This document shows, one piece after another, positions 1-10,185 of a stretch of DNA of 64,000 nucleotides. The notes beneath the pieces are model-generated. The model ran no database searches and was not told where the DNA came from. It saw nothing but the letters and a program-made list of their open reading frames with translations. The position numbers and the translations under genes were made by a program. Within the stretch, counting starts at the first letter, position 1; each line of letters opens with the position of its first letter. The stretch is from a virus. Location: positions 38,929-102,928 of the IMG/VR virus record IMGVR_UViG_3300033145_001595; one strand, given 5' to 3'.

Positions 1-1
1 T

Positions 2-403
2 ATAAAAAAAGAATATACTATTGCCTTAACTGTTTTAGAAAAAGGTCGTGCAATGCCAGGACAAGGAGTAACTTCAATGTTTCGTTTTGGCATGGGATGT
101 GGTATATGGATAGGCATTCTAAGTGCTCTTAATATTCCTTTTATCGAAGTTGTACCTAGTGTATGGCATAAAACTATATGTGCAGGAATTAGTGGGGATG
201 CAAAAATAAAAGCATACCATGTAGCTTCAAACCGATTTCCAAATAACGATTTCACAAAATCAAATAGGGCTCGTACACCACATTCCGGGAAGGTTGATGC
301 TACTTGTATAGCTCTTTATGCAAAAAATGTATTTGGTTTTACAACAGAACTTGACGAAGCTTACCCACCAGAAGAAATAGTAAGAAGGGCAAAAAAATGT
401 TAA
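2..403 (+). CDS. RuvC-like Holliday junction resolvase (5'-truncated by the window edge)
   Basis: Frame is open from position 2. LEKGRAMPGQGVTSMFRFG, PSVW and DATCIA match phage RuvC-like motifs. Confidence 0.75.
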   Translation: MKKEYTIALTVLEKGRAMPGQGVTSMFRFGMGCGIWIGILSALNIPFIEVVPSVWHKTICAGISGDAKIKAYHVASNRFPNNDFTKSNRARTPHSGKVDATCIALYAKNVFGFTTELDEAYPPEEIVRRAKKC

Positions 404-484
404 AAAGTGTAATCAAATATAACAATAATAATTGCAAAGTATCTATTACCGTAATTACTATTAAATATAAATAAGGAAATAAAT

Positions 485-1330
485 ATGTACACTTGGCGCA
501 AAGACATAGCATCATGGCGAATGGGGCGGGCGCTCTATCTGAGTGTGCCGTTCACGTGGTTGCTTACCAAGGCGCGACACATGGCCCAACAGCACAAGGG
601 GCCGGTATTCGCGGGCGGGCCAGCAGTGATGCTAATGCCGGACACCATGTGCGATGTGGCGGATATCGAAACCCCACCGCCCGTACCGCCGATTATCATG
701 CATAATCCGATGGCTACATTCACTACTAGAGGATGTCCGAACGCCTGTCCATTTTGTGCAGTACCAAAAATAGAGGGAAGTTTTCGTGAGTTACGCAACT
801 GGCCAGTACGACCCATTGTATGTGATAATAACTTACTATCGTCAAGCCGAGTACACTTCGATCGAGTGATTAATGCGCTAAAGACAATGCCGTGGGTAGA
901 CTTCAACCAGGGTTTGGACGCAAGGTTATTCAAGCCGCACCACGCCGACCGGCTGGCGGAACTGCGACACGTGAAGGTGCGGTTTGCGTTCGACCACAGA
1001 AGTACGGAGAACAAGGTGGCCGATGCGGTGGCCCTGACAAGACGGAAGGGCTTAAAGAATATTTCCATCTACTGTCTGATAGGGTTCCGGGACACGCCGG
1101 AGGATGCGCGTTACCGGCTGGAGAAGGTGAGGAGTTGGGGAATACGACCGAATCCGATGCGGTATCAACCACTGGATGCAATAAAAAAGAATAATTATGT
1201 AGCCCCTAATTGGACAGATTATGAATTATGTCGTATGATGCGATATTATAGTAGATTGTGTTGGTTAGAACATATTCCGTATAAGGACTATAAACACACC
1301 GTAACAAAAACATTACTATTTAACCCCTAA
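485..1330 (+). CDS. Radical SAM protein
   Basis: TTRGCPNACPFC (CxxxCxxC), CDNN, DFNQGLDAR. Locally GC-richer than the flanks. Confidence 0.85.
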   Translation: MYTWRKDIASWRMGRALYLSVPFTWLLTKARHMAQQHKGPVFAGGPAVMLMPDTMCDVADIETPPPVPPIIMHNPMATFTTRGCPNACPFCAVPKIEGSFRELRNWPVRPIVCDNNLLSSSRVHFDRVINALKTMPWVDFNQGLDARLFKPHHADRLAELRHVKVRFAFDHRSTENKVADAVALTRRKGLKNISIYCLIGFRDTPEDARYRLEKVRSWGIRPNPMRYQPLDAIKKNNYVAPNWTDYELCRMMRYYSRLCWLEHIPYKDYKHTVTKTLLFNP

Positions 1331-1367
1331 TAAGATTAAATATGCAGAACAAAAGGAATACAAGAAA

Positions 1368-2426
1368 ATGTTAAAAAGTATACAATTAGAAAACTTTCAA
1401 GACCATGAACAAACGAATATAAAATTTGATCCAATGATAACTGTCATAACCGGAAATAGTAATTCCGGTAAGACTGCTATCATTCGTGGATTAGAGTGGG
1501 TTAGAACTAGCAGACCACGTGGTAATGCCATGATTAGGCATGGTAGTAATGGTAATTGTAAAGTAGTTATTACTGTAAGTGATGTTAATGAAGAACAAGT
1601 TACAAGAGTAAAAAGTAAAAAGATAAATAGGTTTATTGTTGGTAACACAACCCTTAATGCCGTTGGCGCAAATGTACCAAACGTTGTACAAGATATAATA
1701 AATCTTAATGATATAAACATACAACGACAGTTAAGTAGTCCATTTATGATTATGGATGCTCCTGGTCAAGTAGCAAAAATAATCAATAGTGCCATATCAC
1801 TTGATGACATGACAGCTTGCCAAAGAGAGGCATCCAAACGATTAAATAAAGCTACCACTACATTGGAACAAACAAAGAACCACGTAACAGACACAAAACA
1901 AGCAATTAAAGTTTTGTCCCCACAAGTAAAAAAAATGGCTTCATTGGTTGCAGCTTGTAAAAAGGCAAGAGTATCATTAAATAATGTAGCTGTTACAATA
2001 AAGAAGTTGCGAAGTAAAATAGAAGATGTTAAAAAAATTAAAAGCCTGCTCCAAGACATTAACATAGTTGCAATAACCGAAGTTATAGTTAAATGTGGAA
2101 TACTTGTAAGTAATCATGATATAGTAGAAAAATTACAAAGTAGGATAGAGGATGTTAAAAAAGCTAAGAAAAGAATTAGTAACATTAACGTAACCACAGT
2201 AATCGAAGTTCCGGCTAGATGTGAGACGCTTATAAACAGTCATGTTATGGTAAAAACTCTAATACGCCTTATACATGATGGTAAGCAAGCATTCCAAGCA
2301 GAAAAAGAAGCTGAACATACTTCTGTAAGAAAAATTTCAGACGTTGGACGTAAACTAAATGGAGCCATATGTCCAACCTGCAATAGAACTATAGACATAG
2401 ATACACTAGAACATATCTTAGAGTAA
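1368..2426 (+). CDS. Rad50/SbcC-like ATPase, N-terminal half
   Basis: LENFQDH start, Walker A GNSNSGKT, coiled coil, zinc-hook CPTC at the C-terminus. No Walker B. Confidence 0.85.
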   Translation: MLKSIQLENFQDHEQTNIKFDPMITVITGNSNSGKTAIIRGLEWVRTSRPRGNAMIRHGSNGNCKVVITVSDVNEEQVTRVKSKKINRFIVGNTTLNAVGANVPNVVQDIINLNDINIQRQLSSPFMIMDAPGQVAKIINSAISLDDMTACQREASKRLNKATTTLEQTKNHVTDTKQAIKVLSPQVKKMASLVAACKKARVSLNNVAVTIKKLRSKIEDVKKIKSLLQDINIVAITEVIVKCGILVSNHDIVEKLQSRIEDVKKAKKRISNINVTTVIEVPARCETLINSHVMVKTLIRLIHDGKQAFQAEKEAEHTSVRKISDVGRKLNGAICPTCNRTIDIDTLEHILE

Positions 2427-2473
2427 TCATTGTTGCACTACCTATGTGTGTAATACAGTAAAGAGAGGATACA

Positions 2474-3469
2474 ATGAAAATAGGAATACTAGGGGATGTT
2501 CATGCAAGAATGCGACCACCCGGTGGGCGGGTGGAAAAAGATTGGTTTAGTCTATTCAAAGCTAAGTTTAGTGAGGCAATGGGTATTTTTGAAGAAAATG
2601 ATTGTGGTGTAATTATACAACCTGGGGACTTATTTGATTCTCCTTCTCCCTCAAATGAAGTTACTCATTTCATTATTAAACTTATAAAACGAGCAAACTT
2701 ATTTGGTGGTCAAGAGTTTTTTACTGTACTCGGACAACATGATGTTCATTTCCATAATGTTGATTTTCCAAACAAAACCACTACTGGTATTCTAGAAGCA
2801 GCCGGATGTGTTACTATACTAAACAATAAACCTGTTTCTGCGCTTGCTCCTGAATTTTCCAATATACATTTCTATGGAGCATCCTGGGGAATAGACCCAC
2901 CAAAACTCAAACCGGGGGATACGGGTGGCGTAAACGTGTTAGTGGCTCATGCACACGTTGGGAATGTACCATTGTTTCCGGGACACGTACTTGCTACACC
3001 AAGTCAGTACGCAAGGAAAAATAAAGATTTTGATTTGATATGTCTTGGTGACTATCATTATCCGTACAACTCAACAGTCAAGTGGAGGGGTGTTAGCAGA
3101 GTACCACAAACCTTTGTAATCAATGCTGGTTGTATGTTTAGAATGCGCAATACAGAACGAGAACAAAAACATATACCGTCTGTTATTATATTTGATACTG
3201 ACACAGGAATAGCACACAAACATATTCTTGAATCAGCCCCGAAAGGAGACGTATTTGTGAGCACTGAAAATAATAACAATGTTTCTGACCATCCTGCATT
3301 AGATGAATTCATTGCAGGATTATCAAAGCACAATGACGATTTATTTGGAGATGGTAAGAATCCCTTGTCATTTCATGTTAGGTTGGAAACAATTTTAGAT
3401 AAAGAAAATGCAAGCAAAGAGGTAAGAGAAGAAGTATCAAAAATTCTAAAAGAGGTAGGAGCTAAATAA
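2474..3469 (+). CDS. sbcD: Mre11/SbcD-like metallophosphoesterase nuclease
   Basis: Phosphoesterase motifs GDVH, GDLFD, GQHD, AH and GDYH. Confidence 0.85.
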   Translation: MKIGILGDVHARMRPPGGRVEKDWFSLFKAKFSEAMGIFEENDCGVIIQPGDLFDSPSPSNEVTHFIIKLIKRANLFGGQEFFTVLGQHDVHFHNVDFPNKTTTGILEAAGCVTILNNKPVSALAPEFSNIHFYGASWGIDPPKLKPGDTGGVNVLVAHAHVGNVPLFPGHVLATPSQYARKNKDFDLICLGDYHYPYNSTVKWRGVSRVPQTFVINAGCMFRMRNTEREQKHIPSVIIFDTDTGIAHKHILESAPKGDVFVSTENNNNVSDHPALDEFIAGLSKHNDDLFGDGKNPLSFHVRLETILDKENASKEVREEVSKILKEVGAK

Positions 3470-3738
3470 TGTATACGGTAAGACAAATAGAACAAATCAA
3501 AGAGGATGCTGCGGAAGCTATTAACTCTTACAACAGAGCCGTTGGCAGACATGAGGCTGCCGTAAAAAGTTTAGTAAGTTTCTTATCTGATAATAACATA
3601 GTAGACACTCCAACAGGTGAATTAAAGGAAGCAGAGGTCGCACTTGCTGTACTCACAGAGAAACTAGAGAAAGAAAGCAAAGCGTTTGAGGCACTTATCA
3701 AGGAAATAGATGAATTTAAAGAAACATTACCTGAGTAA
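3469..3738 (+). CDS. Small coiled-coil protein (possible middle piece of the split Rad50)
   Basis: Heptad-like E/K/A/L-rich sequence, translationally coupled to sbcD. Confidence 0.6.
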   Translation: MYTVRQIEQIKEDAAEAINSYNRAVGRHEAAVKSLVSFLSDNNIVDTPTGELKEAEVALAVLTEKLEKESKAFEALIKEIDEFKETLPE

Positions 3739-3743
3739 ATAAA

Positions 3744-4403
3744 ATGACCAACAACATACAAACCAAAAGAACTTTCTCTGAAATGTATAATTTTCTTGAT
3801 ACATTTGAAGATGACCTAAAAGAATCAAAAATAATGCTAAAATTGCTTAAAGAAAATTTAGGCAAAATGGAGGGTCAACTTACAAATCTTGAAAATACTG
3901 TAACCTATATCGAACAGGCGCGTGATTGCATCATGTTAGCAGTTGGTGCTACACAAACTGAAGTATGCGGTTTCATTGAAGATTTAGTAACTTTGGCTCT
4001 TCAATCTGTATTCGGACCTGAATATGGTTTCTGTTTAAAATTATCAGAAAAAAGAGGACAACTTGAAATAGAACCTATTATTCTATGGCAAAATGATAAG
4101 TTTTCACCAAGAACGGATGTTGGAGGGGGTGTAATAGATGTTGTTAGCTTTGCAATGCGTATTGTTTTATGGGCACTTACAAATAACAAAACAAATCCAA
4201 CATTTATATTAGACGAACCGTTCAAACATCTTAGTAGTGAATACGTGGAAGCAGCTTCCAGTATGCTTAGAAAGGTATCAAGTTTATTAAAAGTTCAAAT
4301 AATCATGGTAAGCCATAATACTATGTTGACTGCCGCCGCCGATATGCATTATGCTGTAACTCGTTCAGGAAAGGGTATAGCAACAGTAGAACGAAAAAAG
4401 TAG
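3744..4403 (+). CDS. Rad50/SbcC-like ATPase, C-terminal half
   Basis: Coiled coil, signature-like DVGGG, Walker B/D-loop FILDEPF, H-loop IIMVSH. Confidence 0.85.
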   Translation: MTNNIQTKRTFSEMYNFLDTFEDDLKESKIMLKLLKENLGKMEGQLTNLENTVTYIEQARDCIMLAVGATQTEVCGFIEDLVTLALQSVFGPEYGFCLKLSEKRGQLEIEPIILWQNDKFSPRTDVGGGVIDVVSFAMRIVLWALTNNKTNPTFILDEPFKHLSSEYVEAASSMLRKVSSLLKVQIIMVSHNTMLTAAADMHYAVTRSGKGIATVERKK

Positions 4404-4416
4404 AAAGTGTTATGTA

Positions 4417-5175
4417 ATGGCGGGTAAACGACGGAAAACTACGGGGAGTCCCAAAACCCCACCAAAATCCCCAAAGACTGGTAGTAGCCGGAGAGTTCCC
4501 ATCGCTCCCGGTTTAGAACAGTCTACTTCCGTCGAGCCCGCCCCATCTTTACAAGAACAAGAGCAAGAACAAAATGATGGTATTGTACAAGCCCTTTCTA
4601 ATTCATCAAACATTATTGAACCCCCTATTGGACCTGTTGACCCTAACGATCCACCTATAAAAATGCCAAAAACTTATTCAGCCGCTCGTATGTTAACAAT
4701 ACTTGAATCAATTGAAGGTGGACTAACATTAACTCATACATTAAGAGTACTAGGACTTACTAGAGTATTTGCATATTGGCGAGAAAAAACACCAAAATTT
4801 ATAGACGCTTTAATTGCTAGAGCAGAAAGTGTTTTTATAAAAACAAACATAGCTAGAATAAATAAAGCTGGTCAAAAATATTGGCAAGCAAATGCATGGT
4901 TACTTGAACGAAGATTCCCAAGTCAATTCTCACAGCAAAGAGGCGTCCCCGGAAAAGGTGGTGACAAGATAGGTCCAGTTAATATTGTATTTGTTTCCTC
5001 TGTTCCAAGACCCTATAAAACTATACAAAATCGTAGTAGACAATTTGGTGAACGTGGTAAAGGGCCAGAAGAGGTAGAAAATGAAAATAATGAGATTATG
5101 GAAATAATAGATGCTAACGCTAAAATAATAACTAATATTCCTAGACGTTCTTTACCAGAAGGTAATGAAGAATAA
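4417..5175 (+). CDS. Putative terminase small subunit
   Basis: HTH-like segment and WQANAWLLERRFP motif. Directly upstream of and coupled to terL. Confidence 0.65.
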   Translation: MAGKRRKTTGSPKTPPKSPKTGSSRRVPIAPGLEQSTSVEPAPSLQEQEQEQNDGIVQALSNSSNIIEPPIGPVDPNDPPIKMPKTYSAARMLTILESIEGGLTLTHTLRVLGLTRVFAYWREKTPKFIDALIARAESVFIKTNIARINKAGQKYWQANAWLLERRFPSQFSQQRGVPGKGGDKIGPVNIVFVSSVPRPYKTIQNRSRQFGERGKGPEEVENENNEIMEIIDANAKIITNIPRRSLPEGNEE

Positions 5176-7667
5176 TGGCGCAAGAAATAGATGAATTTGA
5201 TATACAAGAAGCACCAGATGGGAAACTAATAGTAGACTTCGCATCTGCTTATACACCAAATCCCCGTCAAGCTATAGCCCATACAGCAGAGCCAAGATAC
5301 GTATTATTTGGTGGCGCTATGGGAGGGGGCAAGTTTGGTCCTCTTTCTAGCACCGTATTTACACCCTTTGGCCCCAAGAAAATGGGTAACATAAAAGTAG
5401 GAGATTTAGTTTCTTGCCCTGATGGAACAAATGCAAATGTAATAAAAATATGGCCGCAAGGAATACAACAACTTTACAAAGTAACTTTTTCTGATGGATC
5501 AAGTACACGAGTAGGCAGAGACCATCTTTGGACGTATAAAAAAGCAATGGGACGTTCTAAAATGAACTGCACATTACTTACGAAAGATAGAAAAATTTTA
5601 ATAGATCATGCCCAAACAAACACTACTGAATTTCTAATGGATCATCTTAACAGCCGACACGAACGTAAAACTCCTTACTGGCCTTTAATTCCAATGACAG
5701 AACCTGTTCAGTTTACACCGGGATACAGAAATAAAGAAGTCTCTGTACCTATCCATCCCTATGTATTAGGAGTTCTATTGGGTGATGGATGTATAACAAA
5801 TAAAAATTCATTAAATATAACAACAGGTGATACTGAAATTATAGAATTTATTCGTAATGATTGTCAGTACCAAGATATTAATACCTATACTTATCCTAAT
5901 ACTCCTACATCTTCCAATAAATATAGTATAAAATTTAATGGCAGAAGTAAGACTGTAATAGTTTGTGGATTAAAAAGACTTAATTTACTCGGCACCAAAT
6001 CTAATACCAAGTTCATTCCAGAAGCCTATATGCACGCTTCCCTTGAAGATAGGTGGGCATTAGTTAATGGAATGATGGATACGGATGGGTCGGCTTGGGA
6101 AAAAAATGGTCGTTGCACATGGTCGTCTGTTTCTAAAAAAATGGCCGATCAATTCCGTTGGGTACTAATGAGTCTTGGCTTCCGAGCTAACATAGTAGCA
6201 AGCGAAGGTTCCTACAAAAAGGACAATGGGGAAAAAGTTATTTGTAAGATGTCCTATGAACTTAATATTCAAGGACGCTACAAAGACAAACTATTCCGAC
6301 TACCAAGAAAAATAGCTAAAACAGACCAGCGTTATAATGGCAAGCACGTAGACGACAACCCAGTACTCCGTAGAATGGTAAGCATTGAACCGGACGGTAT
6401 GGAAGAGTGCCAGTGCATCACTATTAATCACCCCTATGGTCTGTACCTAACAGACGACTTTATCGTTACACACAACAGCGTCTGGCTGTGTGCAGAAAGC
6501 ATCCAATTATGCCTCGACTTCCCCGGTAATCGTGGATTTCTATGCAGGCACGAAAATATTACTTTTAGTAAAACAACATTATTAACTTTATTAGAAATTT
6601 TACCTACAAATGGTGTAACTAAACACGATAAAAAAGATCAGTACATAGAATTTGTAAATGGTAGTAGACTATATTATGGTGGATTGCGTCCTACTCAAAG
6701 TCAAAGACCATTAGATAGAATTAAAAGTTGGGATTTAGGTTTCTTTGGTATTGACGAAGCCTCTGAAACACAACGTGATTATTTCTTAATGTTGTGTACT
6801 CGTTTAAGACGCAAAGGTGTACCATCTACAGCATACAAAGGTTTATTAACAAGTAACCCTGAACCGGGATGGGTGAAGCAAGACTTTGTAGATCAACCAA
6901 TGGAAAATAGCATTTTCATTCCTGCATTGCCTAGAGACAACCCAAAGCTACCAGACGACTATGAGGACCAATTGAAGTCTGCCTTTGGTCAGACTAAGGG
7001 TTGGGTTGAACGTTACTTAGAGGGCGACTGGAACGCTCCTATGGGGCTAGCCGGGGAGTTCTACGTGTTCTCGTGGTCAATGATCCAACAAGCCGCACGA
7101 ATAGACTTAATGTCTACGTTAGAGCCTGTAGAAATGGGTATTGATGTTGCTCGTAGTGGTTCCGATAAAACTGTTATGTATTTAAGACGCGGACCAAATG
7201 CACAGTTATTAGTAGACGATCATATAACTGATACAATGGCAGTAGCAGAACTCGCAAAGTCGCTTATTGAGCGGTATAATCCTAGTGTAGTAAGGGTGGA
7301 TGCTATCGGTATAGGTGCTGGTGTTTACGATAGGCTTCATCAATTTTATCCTGAAGATGATCGTATTGTAGAATTTGTAGCTGGTAGTACTGCGGTTGAA
7401 AGTGAAAGATTTTTTAATGCTCGTAGTGAAATTGCTTGGTTAATTCGGGAACGGGCAGAACGTGGAGAAATTAGTATACCCGATGATCCAGAATTACATG
7501 GACAAATGACTGCACTGAGATATAAATTAAGAGCAGATAAAAAAATACAAATAGAAGGAAAAGAAGATATGAGAAAGAGGGGTATGCGTAGCCCCGATAA
7601 ATTTGATGCGTTATGTTTGACTTTTGGTGGTGGGAAACAGGGTGAACTTTTTATAGCATTTGGGTGA
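5175..7667 (+). CDS. terL: Terminase large subunit containing an intein
   Basis: Walker A GGAMGGGK|S restored after intein removal, Walker B FGIDEASE, nuclease motifs GIDVARSGSD, DAIGIG and SPDKFDA. Confidence 0.92.
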   Translation: MAQEIDEFDIQEAPDGKLIVDFASAYTPNPRQAIAHTAEPRYVLFGGAMGGGKFGPLSSTVFTPFGPKKMGNIKVGDLVSCPDGTNANVIKIWPQGIQQLYKVTFSDGSSTRVGRDHLWTYKKAMGRSKMNCTLLTKDRKILIDHAQTNTTEFLMDHLNSRHERKTPYWPLIPMTEPVQFTPGYRNKEVSVPIHPYVLGVLLGDGCITNKNSLNITTGDTEIIEFIRNDCQYQDINTYTYPNTPTSSNKYSIKFNGRSKTVIVCGLKRLNLLGTKSNTKFIPEAYMHASLEDRWALVNGMMDTDGSAWEKNGRCTWSSVSKKMADQFRWVLMSLGFRANIVASEGSYKKDNGEKVICKMSYELNIQGRYKDKLFRLPRKIAKTDQRYNGKHVDDNPVLRRMVSIEPDGMEECQCITINHPYGLYLTDDFIVTHNSVWLCAESIQLCLDFPGNRGFLCRHENITFSKTTLLTLLEILPTNGVTKHDKKDQYIEFVNGSRLYYGGLRPTQSQRPLDRIKSWDLGFFGIDEASETQRDYFLMLCTRLRRKGVPSTAYKGLLTSNPEPGWVKQDFVDQPMENSIFIPALPRDNPKLPDDYEDQLKSAFGQTKGWVERYLEGDWNAPMGLAGEFYVFSWSMIQQAARIDLMSTLEPVEMGIDVARSGSDKTVMYLRRGPNAQLLVDDHITDTMAVAELAKSLIERYNPSVVRVDAIGIGAGVYDRLHQFYPEDDRIVEFVAGSTAVESERFFNARSEIAWLIRERAERGEISIPDDPELHGQMTALRYKLRADKKIQIEGKEDMRKRGMRSPDKFDALCLTFGGGKQGELFIAFG
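5334..6476 (+). mobile_element. Class 3 intein (381 aa) with LAGLIDADG homing endonuclease, inserted in the TerL P-loop
   Basis: Starts FGPLSSTVFTPFG. Block B DHLW, LAGLIDADG motifs LGVLLGDG and NGMMDTDG, block F QCITI, ends VTHN followed by Ser+1. Confidence 0.9.
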
Positions 7668-8539
7668 TAAAAATGCCTATGCCAAATATCTATAAAGATA
7701 ATATAAAATACAATTATGATGTAAATGCTATAGTTGATATGTACAATGAAATTGAACGTATTGTACAAATGAATAGTAATCTATTATTAGATGCTACAGG
7801 AATAGCAGGTTTATGTGAGATAATAAAAAAATGTTATCCACAACTTTCAACAAATGCAGTAATGAACCTTATTGAAATATATAGTGTAGCTTATTATGAT
7901 GAAGAATATCTTACAGCAGAGGAACCAAATGAAATTACCTACATAGACACCAAAGCGAAAGAACTAAAGTGGAATACTGAATACTTAAAAAAAAGTCAAA
8001 TTGCCATAAATAACTGGCTTGGTGAAACGAAAAAGGAAAGAATCTTTGACCCCAAAAAAATAGAAAAAGCATTCAAAATTCCACCACTAAACACTATATC
8101 AAATGTTCCTAGACCAGAAAGTTTTCCAACTGATACGTACGAGGCACTTAATACCCCAAAAGCGCAAGAGGCCCTAAATGAACTATTAACAAACGCCGCA
8201 AAACGTAAACGAACCCCCGGTATGGCCACGGAAAGAAAAAAGGTGGATAAAGGCACAGATGTAGAAATTACAGAACAATACTTAGCATCTATAATGCGAG
8301 ATATGTCTTGTGTGGTAAAAATAGATGGTACAGTTTATTATGGAATGATAACACAATACACTGTTGACCAACCAACCGGGGGGGTGCTTGAATATACAAT
8401 AGAATTTGTTGTTATGGATATAACTACTACAATGGATAATAATAAAACACCAACAATAGAAATGGCAGAGCCAAAAAAGTTTATAACAGGTTTTGATAAA
8501 AGACTAAGCAATCTAGAACTGGAGATAGATGATGTCTAA
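7664..8539 (+). CDS. Hypothetical protein
   Basis: Long ORF overlapping the terL stop, with phage-like codon usage. Confidence 0.6.
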   Translation: MIKMPMPNIYKDNIKYNYDVNAIVDMYNEIERIVQMNSNLLLDATGIAGLCEIIKKCYPQLSTNAVMNLIEIYSVAYYDEEYLTAEEPNEITYIDTKAKELKWNTEYLKKSQIAINNWLGETKKERIFDPKKIEKAFKIPPLNTISNVPRPESFPTDTYEALNTPKAQEALNELLTNAAKRKRTPGMATERKKVDKGTDVEITEQYLASIMRDMSCVVKIDGTVYYGMITQYTVDQPTGGVLEYTIEFVVMDITTTMDNNKTPTIEMAEPKKFITGFDKRLSNLELEIDDV

Positions 8540-8864
8540 TACAGATGCAAAAGTTTTAAATATGAAACTTATAGCAGAAATGCTTCCAGATAACAGAGCT
8601 TTAGTAAATATAGGTTCTGACGAAGTTCTTCCTCTCATGATATTTAAAACAAAATTTGAAACAGATCGCCCAACTCGTATGACACAAACTATGAATGATC
8701 CCATAGGTACACCAATATATGAATCGTCAACTAATAAAATTACAATAAGATGTGTACAAATTACTAATAATAATATAACCATCAAACAACCAAAAAAAGA
8801 ACTCCAAAAAAAGGCATCAACTTTACAATATGAACAAATGTTTGATAATTTAGAAATAGAATAA
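8529..8864 (+). CDS. Hypothetical protein
   Basis: GGAG RBS, coupled to the upstream gene. Confidence 0.6.
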   Translation: MMSNTDAKVLNMKLIAEMLPDNRALVNIGSDEVLPLMIFKTKFETDRPTRMTQTMNDPIGTPIYESSTNKITIRCVQITNNNITIKQPKKELQKKASTLQYEQMFDNLEIE

Positions 8865-8883
8865 ACCAGTAGAAAGGACAAAA

Positions 8884-9288
8884 ATGCTTAATGACAGTTA
8901 TGCAGACAGACGTTGTACAGTTCTTTTTTCCCGTGAATGTTTAGCGGAACTTTTGAATCTTCCCCAAGGTGCTATTATTACTAATGTACAATGGGAAGAT
9001 AAGAGAAGAATTTTTATTATGAGTATCGAGAACATTCCCTTTGGTTCCAAACCAGATGACGGAGCACCTGTAGAATTTGATGGAGTTACTGTTGTACATA
9101 CACCACATCATATTGTACATTGGCCTGCACCAGCAGCAACCGTCAACTCTCCAATAGTTCAATTGAGAGATCACCAGAATACAGACCCGTCTAACAATAA
9201 CCAAGCACCTAGTTTATCAGGATTTAATCTTGGCGCGGTATTAGAAATGCAACTACCAACTAACACAGATGAGGAGTCAAATGAGTAA
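8884..9288 (+). CDS. Hypothetical protein
   Basis: AAGGA RBS, in operon context. Confidence 0.6.
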   Translation: MLNDSYADRRCTVLFSRECLAELLNLPQGAIITNVQWEDKRRIFIMSIENIPFGSKPDDGAPVEFDGVTVVHTPHHIVHWPAPAATVNSPIVQLRDHQNTDPSNNNQAPSLSGFNLGAVLEMQLPTNTDEESNE

Positions 9289-10174
9289 TGAATATTATAT
9301 AGATTCACTACCTTACCAACAAGATTTATTAGCAGATTCTACAAAATGGAATGCCCTACTCATTTTAGATGCATGTAGATATGATTATCTAAAAGACGAA
9401 ATAGATAGTATCAATAAAAGTTCACCAGATAGTGTACAAAAAGTACAGGTTTCCCCTGTAAGGACATTTACACATACTACTATTTTGTGGATGTATTCTG
9501 TAATGCCCATTTTTGCAAGAAGAAAAGTTAGATATTATACTGCTAACCCACAAACAAATATTCAACTAAAAAAACATTATCCAAGAATACCAGTAGAATC
9601 AATTTGGGATAAAGGTTGGTGGCGAACAACGCGCCTAAGTATACCATCTGTAAATCCCTGGACTGTAAACGGTTGGGTACTAGCAGACCTACAACATAGA
9701 ATACAGAAAGGAGCTTATCCTATAGTCGTACACTACATACAACCTCACTTCCCGGCAATAGGTGAACCACCAATGAAGGTAGGAGCATGGGGTACAATTA
9801 CAAATCCTTTTTCAAAAGCTACTAAGGATGAATGCCCACAACCATTAAAAGAATTAGCAAATGGTGTTATCACTATAGAACAGTACCGAGAAGCATATCG
9901 GGGAAACGTGCGCCTTGTTGCTGAGGCTGCATTGGCACTGGCCAATAACATAAAAGGTCCAGTTATTATAACTGCTGACCACGGGGAGGCTTTAGGAGAA
10001 TATGAAGAACGAGAAGATGGACAAAAGGTAATGCGTATAGGACATTCAGACAGGTACAAACAACTTAATAATGAACTATTAGTTGTACCATGGATTGTTG
10101 TTAATCCAACGCCGGATGAGCGGACTGAAGAAGAAAAAATGCATGAAAGATTAAATGCCCTAGGATATGAATAA
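9281..10174 (+). CDS. Alkaline phosphatase/sulfatase-superfamily protein
   Basis: LILDACRYD, HYIQPHFP, ITADHGEALGE, IGH, VPW and C-terminal RLNALGY. GAGGAG RBS before the ATG at 9281. Confidence 0.8.
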   Translation: MSNEYYIDSLPYQQDLLADSTKWNALLILDACRYDYLKDEIDSINKSSPDSVQKVQVSPVRTFTHTTILWMYSVMPIFARRKVRYYTANPQTNIQLKKHYPRIPVESIWDKGWWRTTRLSIPSVNPWTVNGWVLADLQHRIQKGAYPIVVHYIQPHFPAIGEPPMKVGAWGTITNPFSKATKDECPQPLKELANGVITIEQYREAYRGNVRLVAEAALALANNIKGPVIITADHGEALGEYEEREDGQKVMRIGHSDRYKQLNNELLVVPWIVVNPTPDERTEEEKMHERLNALGYE

Positions 10175-10185
10175 GGAGAAATAAA

